Source: Acidobacteriota bacterium (GTDB lineage: Bacteria; Acidobacteriota; Blastocatellia; Pyrinomonadales; Pyrinomonadaceae). From it: a stretch of DNA of 64,000 nucleotides. The stretch covers positions 301,425-365,424 of the forward strand of contig JAHBSM010000002.1 in assembly GCA_019639115.1 (NCBI GenBank). The letters are read 5' to 3'. The number at the start of each line of letters is the position of its first letter. The stretch's first letter is position 1. This document shows, piece by piece, positions 18,210-25,352 of this stretch. The notes below the pieces were generated by a model. That model worked only from the letters and a program-made list of their open reading frames with translations. It did no database searches and was not told where the DNA came from. The position numbers and the translations under genes were made by a program.

Positions 18210-19895
18210 TCAGGCCGCATGCACGACCTTAACCTGTGTTCGCTGTACAGCAGGCTGCGTGAAGAGGCTCGCCTGGATCGTGCGATTCGAGCGAACGGTC
18301 TCGTTTAGTTCTGCATCTCGTGCCCTCACCGCGTCCCACAATTTCTGTTTCTCCTGCCGCTTGAATGCCCTCGCGGCCGGGTCGTTATAGAGACCGAATT
18401 TTAGAAAACGTAGCTGTCCAAGAGTCGCCGTTTCGATCTTTCGGAGCCATCGTTTCGCGTCGATTGAAAGTTGATTCTTCAACCTAACTTCCTGAGATTT
18501 TGCGACGGTGTTGAGCGCCGTGAACTCCTTAAGGGAAAGCTTCTTTTGATCCTTAAAATCCGCGTATGCTTTCTTCTTCAGATCTGCTACTTCGGCCGTA
18601 TCGGTCGTGCCTCGGATCGCAAGATAAGTCTCTTGATAGGCATCGTGGCGAAGGCTTCGCAGATGAAAATCGGCGTATTGACGCTGCCACAAAAGACGCA
18701 GGACAGAAGCCGCGTACTGCATCTCTTCAAAGTCAGGATTGATCTCCTGATCGACAAGAATCTCGATACTGCTGCCTTTACCGAATGAATATATACGGCG
18801 TGCTGAACGAATCGCTTTGCCCTCATAGATTCGATCGAGTGAAAGTGCCATCCATTCCTCGAACTCATGATCCGAGAACGGATGTCTCGAAGGCATCGCC
18901 CATCCAGCACAGTTGATTGTCCGGCGTCCTTCCTGAACGGCATTGCCGCCTAAAGTGTGGCCGACAAATAGCTTCGGCAGTTGTGAGGAAAGCTCTCTGG
19001 ATTCATGCGGAAGACAATTCGCATCGATCTCACAATCGAGGTCAAAGACAACCACCGAACGCTGGCTTGAACTCATTGTTATGCCGATAAGACCATTCTC
19101 ATCAAACTGCTCAAGTTGATCGAAAGTCGTGAAGTCTCTGTCGAGTTCTTCGACTGATTTATCGCCGTCTTCCAGATAGAATTCCGCAAAATCATCGAAC
19201 ATCATACGGCTTACTTTTTGCCGACCGACTCGCTTCATAACAGCACTCATCTCATCGTCGAAGTTTGGGCATTTTGGCGGCAGCGGCCTGCGATTCTTAG
19301 CAACTTCCTGAACCCTGCGTTGGTCAGCAACACAAAGTTTTTGTTCTCTTGTTCGAGATTCCTCGAAGCTGATCTCTCGATCTGCCGAAGTCGCCGTAAC
19401 AGCTTCTAACTGCATGCCGAGCAGTCCCATTTCGTGGAGAACCTCGCCAACACCTCGTCGCCTAATCTCACCGTAGTAGTAGGCTGCGATCTGTTCGAAT
19501 TCATACTGCCCGGCGTCCGGGCTCGCGATTGCTTTTACGCATCTGACGAACTCTTTGGCATCGGTCTCGTCGGACAAAACCTTCATTGCATATTCGAGCG
19601 ACATTATCCGCACGCGGTCCAACGCTTCCGGTTCAATTTCGTCGGCGATTCGAACGACAACATCGCCCAAGATCGAGTACTCTTCAAGCTCTCTTCGTCG
19701 CAACGGATGCGATGAAAGATGCGCACACCAGTCCTGCATCGGCGAACCGGTATTGACCGGCATGAACGCCAGCATCGGGTTGTTCGGAGCGTGCTTTCTG
19801 AGCTGTTCAATATTGATTCTTTCTGCCATAACTTCCTCTCTTGATCGGCCTGATGCCGAATCGAAAACGCGTAAATTTAAGGGCCGCATTTTCAA
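18210..19895 (-). CDS. Hypothetical 561-aa protein (orphan, leading-region-like position)
   Basis: Long uninterrupted ORF co-oriented with its neighbours; I recognise no motif. Confidence 0.6.
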   Translation of the reverse strand: MKMRPLNLRVFDSASGRSREEVMAERINIEQLRKHAPNNPMLAFMPVNTGSPMQDWCAHLSSHPLRRRELEEYSILGDVVVRIADEIEPEALDRVRIMSLEYAMKVLSDETDAKEFVRCVKAIASPDAGQYEFEQIAAYYYGEIRRRGVGEVLHEMGLLGMQLEAVTATSADREISFEESRTREQKLCVADQRRVQEVAKNRRPLPPKCPNFDDEMSAVMKRVGRQKVSRMMFDDFAEFYLEDGDKSVEELDRDFTTFDQLEQFDENGLIGITMSSSQRSVVVFDLDCEIDANCLPHESRELSSQLPKLFVGHTLGGNAVQEGRRTINCAGWAMPSRHPFSDHEFEEWMALSLDRIYEGKAIRSARRIYSFGKGSSIEILVDQEINPDFEEMQYAASVLRLLWQRQYADFHLRSLRHDAYQETYLAIRGTTDTAEVADLKKKAYADFKDQKKLSLKEFTALNTVAKSQEVRLKNQLSIDAKRWLRKIETATLGQLRFLKFGLYNDPAARAFKRQEKQKLWDAVRARDAELNETVRSNRTIQASLFTQPAVQRTQVKVVHAA

Positions 19896-19983
19896 AACCC
19901 TGAATTAAAAGCACTTTCATTCAGGCTTGAAAATCCCTCTCAAGGTGCAGGAGAAGTGTGTTAGGAGAAACGAGATCGGTCGA

Positions 19984-20373
19984 CTATAAGGAAAGTTCTG
20001 CTAGTCGCTTTTCAAGATAAGCGAAGGTAAGCGGTGCTCGGTTTTGGAGTTGAGCCCGGCCGGTTCCAAGGCCATTTGCGGGAATGACGATAGTCTGTTC
20101 AGGAGTGGTACTTATACATGACAAACGATCAAAGGCATCATCGATCGCCGCCTTATTCTGTTCGAATTCTACGTCTGTAAAGAAGGCTTCTTTGCGATTG
20201 CTGGGGAGTTTCTTGGTCGGTATCCCAACTACATTCGGTTCGCCTCTCATCGCAGCCGCTTGTCCGCCAAGACCACGCCGGATAAGGTTGTCGCCAAACA
20301 GAAAGATGTGATCGCGATGCTCTCTTACGAACGCTCGGGTGATCCACATCATTCTTACGATTCGATATCGCAT
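19984..20373 (-). CDS. Small conserved-looking hypothetical protein (~130 aa)
   Basis: ORF 19984-20577, but its first 68 codons are Arg/Cys-rich and overlap the SSB2 3' end. Preferred start is M69 (20373). Motifs IFLFGDNLIRRGLGGQAAAMRGEPNVVGIPTKK and IVIPANGLGTGRAQL suggest a small nucleotide/ligand-binding fold; the family is not assignable by eye. Confidence 0.5.
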   Translation of the reverse strand: MRYRIVRMMWITRAFVREHRDHIFLFGDNLIRRGLGGQAAAMRGEPNVVGIPTKKLPSNRKEAFFTDVEFEQNKAAIDDAFDRLSCISTTPEQTIVIPANGLGTGRAQLQNRAPLTFAYLEKRLAELSL

Positions 20374-20452
20374 GGCAGGTTCCCATCTGCAAAAGAACTG
20401 CCGCCTGAAGAAAGTTCTCTCCAAGCGGCAGATAGACCTGAGTCGAATTGGA

Positions 20453-20854
20453 TTAGTAAGCTGCGGCCTGCTGAAGTTCAACCGGTGCGGTTTGTGCCGT
20501 CTGCATTGCGGCTCCGTCTCCTTCCTCATCGCGGCGGCCCGACAGGAACTGGAACTCCTGCAGGACGATCTCCGCACCAGCTTGCGGCGAATCGCTCTGA
20601 TCTACCCACGGGTTAAAGGTCAAACGGCCCTGGACATACAAACGGCTGCCCTTGCGAACGTATCGTGCAAGCGTCTCTGCCTGCTTACCGAATGCGGTCA
20701 CGCGGAACCAGTCGGTCTTCTCAACGCGTCCCTCCGCGCTGTTTCGGAACGAGTTCGAGGCCATTGAAAAGCTCGCCACGAGGGTGCCGTTATCCGTGAT
20801 CTTAGTTTCCGGTGTCTTGCCGAGATTGCCGATGATCGAAATATTTGCTGACAT
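20453..20854 (-). CDS. ssb: Single-stranded DNA-binding protein (paralogue 2, no acidic tip)
   Basis: 133 aa starting MSANISIIGNLGKT..., with WFRVTAFGKQAE and GRLTFNPW. AGGAG upstream. C-terminus ...PVELQQAAAY lacks the canonical D-D-D-I-P-F-type tail. Confidence 0.8.
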   Translation of the reverse strand: MSANISIIGNLGKTPETKITDNGTLVASFSMASNSFRNSAEGRVEKTDWFRVTAFGKQAETLARYVRKGSRLYVQGRLTFNPWVDQSDSPQAGAEIVLQEFQFLSGRRDEEGDGAAMQTAQTAPVELQQAAAY

Positions 20855-21123
20855 TTTCTTAATTCTCCTGTGTGATTAAATTTCCGAGGTTCACGATTAG
20901 TGAAGCCTTAAAACCTTCTCTGAAGGCACATCTTATCTGCAGCTGGTTATTTGTTTTGTTAATCGTGATGGGTGGAAACGAAAGGACCTTTGTGAATCGC
21001 GGTAGCGTCCTATCGGCCGGAAGGCAGTAGCTGTCGACCGGATTATCGGTCTTGTAGGGATAATTCGTTCTCGAGATGAAATCCAAGGGCGAGATTTCAA
21101 TGATGCCCCCCTCCCAAGACAAA

Positions 21124-22650
21124 TTAAATATAGTACTTGAAGGCAAGCGGGGGTGCCTTAATGTCCGCACTTGCAGTTAAGATTTCCCCAATCTTGTCGG
21201 CAAAACGCAGAGTTACAGGCATGCCATCTGCGAACTGACAGGAGTTATAGTTCAGCTTTGTCAACGCCATGATATCCGAGAGAACTTGCTTGATATCGGC
21301 TGATCCCTTATTTATCTCAACGAAGAGAGGGTTAGGAACTTCCATTGACATTGCGGTTTGCGTTTTGGGGGCGTATCCGACAGTCCAAAGAAATGCGCTT
21401 TTGTCGTCGATAAGGTAAGCGAGACCTCTCATTACCGGATAATCCCCAGTTTGTCTGTATAACTTCAATGGTTTGGACCGCGACATCGATACGCCAACTA
21501 GATTGACGCCAGAAGGAGCAGCCTGTTGGAACGCTTCCCATTCCTCCCTATTGAAGCGCGTTTTAGCGTGTATGAATACCTCTTCCGGATTTTGTCCATT
21601 ATTTTGCTCGCGATAAGATTCGATGGCCTGGATTAACAGAGACTTAGCCTCCTTCGGATCTAAATGAAACTCTTCTCTTTCAGGATTCCACCACTCACCT
21701 ATCTCACCTTTAAAGACCGTCCCGTCGCCATTATCCAAGAACATTTGAGCAGCACAACAAGCATTTTTCGGGTTCTTGCTTTTCTCTAGTTGCTTGTAGA
21801 CAAGTCCCAAATAACATACTCCGCTCCGTATATCTGATAGCTTCCATGGCTTCCCTCCCGCCTTATAAAAGACGCCCGTCGAAAACGTCCATGCTAAATG
21901 CCCTTCGATTTTTGAGAAGTCACGAATCGGGACACCCCGACCGTTCGTAAACTCTCGCCAAGCAAGTGTACTTTCGCGAACGATCTGCGTTGGAATTGTG
22001 TGGCTGAGGAGCCTAGCCTTTAATTGGTCATGGAACTGGGCATCAAAAGTGTAAGCGAGAGCTTCCTCTTCTTTTGCTCGATTATCCTCGTCCAGCTGGG
22101 AAAAGAGACTTGGTGCAAATCGAAAACTCTTTGCCTGAGCCTTTGAGATAGTTCGCTTTGTCTGAACAAGATATTTCGGCAACGTTTGATTCGGACGACA
22201 AAACTTGTAAATCTCGTCTGGAACGACTACGAACCAAACATCGACAGTCTCATCGGTATTCTTATTCGCTGTAACAATTTTTTCTAAGAACAAGGAGACA
22301 AGGTCATAGGTTCGTTTATGAGTATTCTCGTTATAGAGAAAATGATCGATCTCTTCTTTCCGAACTTCTTGATAATACATATTATTGGATTCCCATTTGC
22401 AATTAAATACGGCTTCAAACCCAGGAAACATTGGCCGGGTTACGTTGTTCGCATTATATGTTGGCTTTTGCAATCCATCGACAAAGTCTCTGAAAATTTG
22501 CAGGCCTCGCTGAGTCGCGACAACACCGCTACGAATACCATATATTTTGTTTACTGGGCCGTACATCGCCAATCCATCCCTCACGTCCGTACATTTCTGG
22601 TCGTAAGCAAATAAAAGGTTCGGTTCGGGAATATAAATAAGTGGTTTCAT
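21124..22650 (-). CDS. Short prokaryotic Argonaute (MID-PIWI only, predicted catalytically inactive)
   Basis: 508 aa, too short for N/PAZ domains. MID-pocket-like H207-x3-K211 (FHDQLK), TQIVRE and YKAGGKPWKL. PIWI region has YLGLVY and IHAKTRF where active Agos carry G-x-D and R-D-G. ATGA overlap with the upstream TIR-APAZ gene. Confidence 0.85.
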   Translation of the reverse strand: MKPLIYIPEPNLLFAYDQKCTDVRDGLAMYGPVNKIYGIRSGVVATQRGLQIFRDFVDGLQKPTYNANNVTRPMFPGFEAVFNCKWESNNMYYQEVRKEEIDHFLYNENTHKRTYDLVSLFLEKIVTANKNTDETVDVWFVVVPDEIYKFCRPNQTLPKYLVQTKRTISKAQAKSFRFAPSLFSQLDEDNRAKEEEALAYTFDAQFHDQLKARLLSHTIPTQIVRESTLAWREFTNGRGVPIRDFSKIEGHLAWTFSTGVFYKAGGKPWKLSDIRSGVCYLGLVYKQLEKSKNPKNACCAAQMFLDNGDGTVFKGEIGEWWNPEREEFHLDPKEAKSLLIQAIESYREQNNGQNPEEVFIHAKTRFNREEWEAFQQAAPSGVNLVGVSMSRSKPLKLYRQTGDYPVMRGLAYLIDDKSAFLWTVGYAPKTQTAMSMEVPNPLFVEINKGSADIKQVLSDIMALTKLNYNSCQFADGMPVTLRFADKIGEILTASADIKAPPLAFKYYI

Positions 22651-24005
22651 TCGGGTTCTGGAATATCATCTAGGGCATTGTCAATCTCCTCAACGGTTCC
22701 TATGTTTGAAATCTCGACTTCCTCGGACAACGTGTTCTTTATGGGTTTCTTATAAGTTGCAGGTGCGACGAAAGTTACAGGCTCGGTTCCGACAACGATT
22801 TGTTCTTCGCTCCCTACGTTAAACTTCAATTCGCTCGAATTTGTTCCGAGATAGCCAATAAGAGCCATAAGAAGTCGGCGCCATTTTCCATTCCACCAGT
22901 TCTTACCAAGTCGTCGTCTTGCGGAGTGTTGCGTGGCATCAGACTCTATGAGGTCTATTCCATTAGTTGTGAAGAAAATGTGAGATGAGAAGACGAAAAC
23001 GGGAAATGGATAAAGCTTCGCTGAGGGCGAAACACCGTAATGCCATGTATTCTCGTGATCTTTTCCAAGTAACTGTACTTTATTGAACTTATCCCGTTCT
23101 AAAGTGTCCTTTTCAATCCAGTATGCTAGGCGATTTGACATCTCGTAATCGCGGAAACCTGCTTCAACCATAAATCGAGCAGAAGCTTGGTTAAGTAAAT
23201 CGACGACAAGTCTCTTACATTCACTGGGACGAATAAAATTCGTCTCTTTAATGGTACCCGTAAGAATATCAGTCATGGGAATTCTGACGCTCCAACTGCT
23301 AAGGTAAGTACTCGTTTCCGGAAATTCATCAATAAAATCATATTCCCACGCGAACGTAGCAAGATATTTACCGTATCTGGCAGTTGGATATTTAATCCCC
23401 GGCGAATTACGATTTTCAATTACGCGGCGTGGAAACTCATGAAAGCGTAACTCCTCAGGAAATGAAATGATCGGGAACCAATTGGATTGGTAAACTTCTT
23501 CTTCGGCAATAGCTCCCTTGTCGTGTAAAAATATTTGCTGGTATAGCAAGGAAGTTAGTTCGGGATTTGGACTACTGCACGGAACCTCTTGCTTTTCCAG
23601 AGCTTCTAGCAGGTCCCTTAATCCAGCGGCCCAAGAAGTCCTAAAATTTACAGCATTTAGTCTAACGGCCTCGATATTAATATCGTCGAACGAAAGATTT
23701 TGATCAATCATCAGCGGGATGATAAACGCATCGTCATCCAACACCTTCTTAACCTTCTCGGCTACCGCAAGTTCTTTCAGGACTCCTTCCCTTCGATTCG
23801 AGAAGACGGATAAAACGGGCAAGACTTTTATGCTATTCTCACGTATTTCCCTTTCAATGGCTGCCCAATGATCAACCCCCTTGTCTAAGAATTTAAGATC
23901 GCACCAAACCTCATAGCCTAATGCGATAAGTTTCAACGTGATCCATTTGGTGAATTCATTGTCGATTACCGTATCGCCATGGCTAATGAATAGGGTTTTT
24001 CTCAT
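22647..24005 (-). CDS. TIR-APAZ protein (SPARTA NADase effector subunit)
   Basis: 452 aa. N-terminal TIR-like region: LFISHGD, LGYEVWCDLKFLDKGVDHW, IEREIRENS, GVLKELAVAEKVKK (conserved Glu at residue 78). The C-terminal ~300 aa (NWFPIISFPEELRFHEF...GKNWWNGKWR...) matches my recollection of APAZ regions of characterised SPARTA proteins. Confidence 0.85.
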   Translation of the reverse strand: MRKTLFISHGDTVIDNEFTKWITLKLIALGYEVWCDLKFLDKGVDHWAAIEREIRENSIKVLPVLSVFSNRREGVLKELAVAEKVKKVLDDDAFIIPLMIDQNLSFDDINIEAVRLNAVNFRTSWAAGLRDLLEALEKQEVPCSSPNPELTSLLYQQIFLHDKGAIAEEEVYQSNWFPIISFPEELRFHEFPRRVIENRNSPGIKYPTARYGKYLATFAWEYDFIDEFPETSTYLSSWSVRIPMTDILTGTIKETNFIRPSECKRLVVDLLNQASARFMVEAGFRDYEMSNRLAYWIEKDTLERDKFNKVQLLGKDHENTWHYGVSPSAKLYPFPVFVFSSHIFFTTNGIDLIESDATQHSARRRLGKNWWNGKWRRLLMALIGYLGTNSSELKFNVGSEEQIVVGTEPVTFVAPATYKKPIKNTLSEEVEISNIGTVEEIDNALDDIPEPE

Positions 24006-24142
24006 CTTTTAGGTTTTGATTATAGCCAAATTGCGACCAGGAAGCAGGTCGAACAAATCGGACAGATCAAAATCAAATTGGAGAGCATCATCGCAGTGCA
24101 CCGACCATCGAGACAGGTTTACAAATGCATGGTTCAAAATAG

Positions 24143-24346
24143 TCATTTTGGTGCAAAAATAAACCAATGCTGGATGATTAATGCTCCAATACAATTAGCA
24201 ATACGTTTCAACGTCCTCATCAATCCGGAATGACCGATTCCTAGTTGCGGAGCCGCCCTTGTTCGATTGCTATTGATCGCGAGGGCATTTCTGAGAAAAT
24301 CTTGTTGTATTCCCTCAAAATACAATCCCATCCGATCGCCGGGCAT
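24143..24346 (-). CDS. Mini-ORF with a Fis/NtrC-type HTH_8 motif (small regulator or gene remnant)
   Basis: 67 aa. FEGIQQDFLRNALAINSNRTRAAPQLGIGHSGLMRTLKRI resembles the C-terminal HTH of Fis/sigma54 activators (AL..t.GN...AA..LGI.r.tL.rKLk). An in-frame stop lies 7 codons upstream of the ATG and no AAA+ part is present. Confidence 0.3.
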   Translation of the reverse strand: MPGDRMGLYFEGIQQDFLRNALAINSNRTRAAPQLGIGHSGLMRTLKRIANCIGALIIQHWFIFAPK

Positions 24347-24659
24347 AAAATCAGGGACGGAGTGTTAGGAGTTTCCGCGGCACACGTCTTGCATCTGCCT
24401 ATTCACCGAGCATACACAGATCGAGAGATTCGAGACGTGCTAGATAATTTTTGTTTACATTTGCGCGTCGTAAGTTGTATAACAGTCAATACTTAAGCAG
24501 AACAGGAGTTCAATGGCTGGTTAGAAAGAAGGTAACTTTTCTAACCTCTGAAAAAGTGTCTCTACGAATAATGCTTAGTTATCGATAAGAACGCTGGATA
24601 ACGCCATTGGTTAAACGTATGAAGTTGTCGTAACGAGTGCGGTAGAGCGAAATAGAATT

Positions 24660-25352
24660 GTGGATAACCCGATCCTTTCCAAGTTGCAAACCTCACCAGG
24701 CGATCCGCCGAGTGGGTCAGATAGCGCGCTTGATCGGGAGGGCTTTTTTGCAGAATCGTTAAAGCTGATTCGCAAAGTAATCGCTGGTCGTCGATCCGTT
24801 ATGGCCGATGACGTGCCGGATATTTCGCAAGAGGCTGCGTTAAGGCTTTGGAGGTGGCGCTCGAAGTTTGAAGATAAAAGCTCGCAAATGGCAGAAGGCG
24901 ATTGGAAGTCTTTTGTCGCTCGTACTGCTCACAACGAAGTAAATCGCAACCTCTCAAATCGGAACAAAAAGATCGAGACCTCTCTCGATGAAACCGAGGC
25001 GCTCGGTGACGAGGTAAATGCTTCGTCCGCAGAGACTTTTGTTTTGGTCAAAACGGTTTGGCAAGGTATTTGCAGGCTGAGTCTTTACCAACGGCAATCG
25101 CTTATTTTCAGTTCAGTGGATCTCGTACTTTATCTTTTCCAGTTTGGAATCGAAGAGGATGACCTGTTAGCAGAGCTAGAACTGACGAAGGAGTCTTGGG
25201 AAAGGATTTCAACACGTATGCCTCTAACCGATATCGAAATAGCTGAGATAGCAAACCCGAATTCGGCCAATGGCCAAAGAGTGGCAACCGCAGGCGCGGT
25301 TAAGAAGGCGAGATTTGACGCTCGCAAGAGACTTAAGGAGTTGATGAAATAA
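24660..25352 (+). CDS. Sigma-70 family (ECF-like) RNA polymerase sigma factor
   Basis: 230 aa, GTG start. Region-2-like ISQEAALRLWRW...ARTAHNEVNR. Region-4-like LSLYQRQSLIF and C-terminal EIAEIAN...AVKKARFDARKRLKELM. Confidence 0.6.
   Translation: MDNPILSKLQTSPGDPPSGSDSALDREGFFAESLKLIRKVIAGRRSVMADDVPDISQEAALRLWRWRSKFEDKSSQMAEGDWKSFVARTAHNEVNRNLSNRNKKIETSLDETEALGDEVNASSAETFVLVKTVWQGICRLSLYQRQSLIFSSVDLVLYLFQFGIEEDDLLAELELTKESWERISTRMPLTDIEIAEIANPNSANGQRVATAGAVKKARFDARKRLKELMK

Noticed and set aside
20374-20577. N-terminal 68 codons of ORF 19984-20577
   Set aside because: The segment is Arg/Cys/Ser-rich and overlaps the 3' end of SSB2 on the same strand. A globular sequence begins at the internal Met (20373).
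20859-21170. 103-aa minus-strand ORF in the pAgo-SSB2 spacer
   Set aside because: It overlaps the pAgo 3' end and has no SD or motif. The region is more simply a non-coding spacer carrying the SSB2 ribosome-binding site.
20453-22650. SSB2 as a third subunit of the SPARTA operon
   Set aside because: A 270-nt gap separates it from the pAgo and it has its own AGGAG ribosome-binding site. It also has a paralogue in the same leading-region-like block, and SPARTA is established as a two-gene system. Kept only as a neighbourhood note.
21124-22650. A catalytically active long pAgo
   Set aside because: At 508 aa there is no room for N/PAZ domains. Positions expected for the first and third DEDX residues read YLGLVY and IHAKTRF. 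It is paired with a TIR-APAZ partner.
24500-24660. ECF-type autoregulated promoter (GGAAC-N16/17-CGT) upstream of the sigma factor gene
   Set aside because: I found only GTAAC...GTCT and TAACC...CGAAT combinations, with 19-21-nt spacers. These are not convincing by eye.
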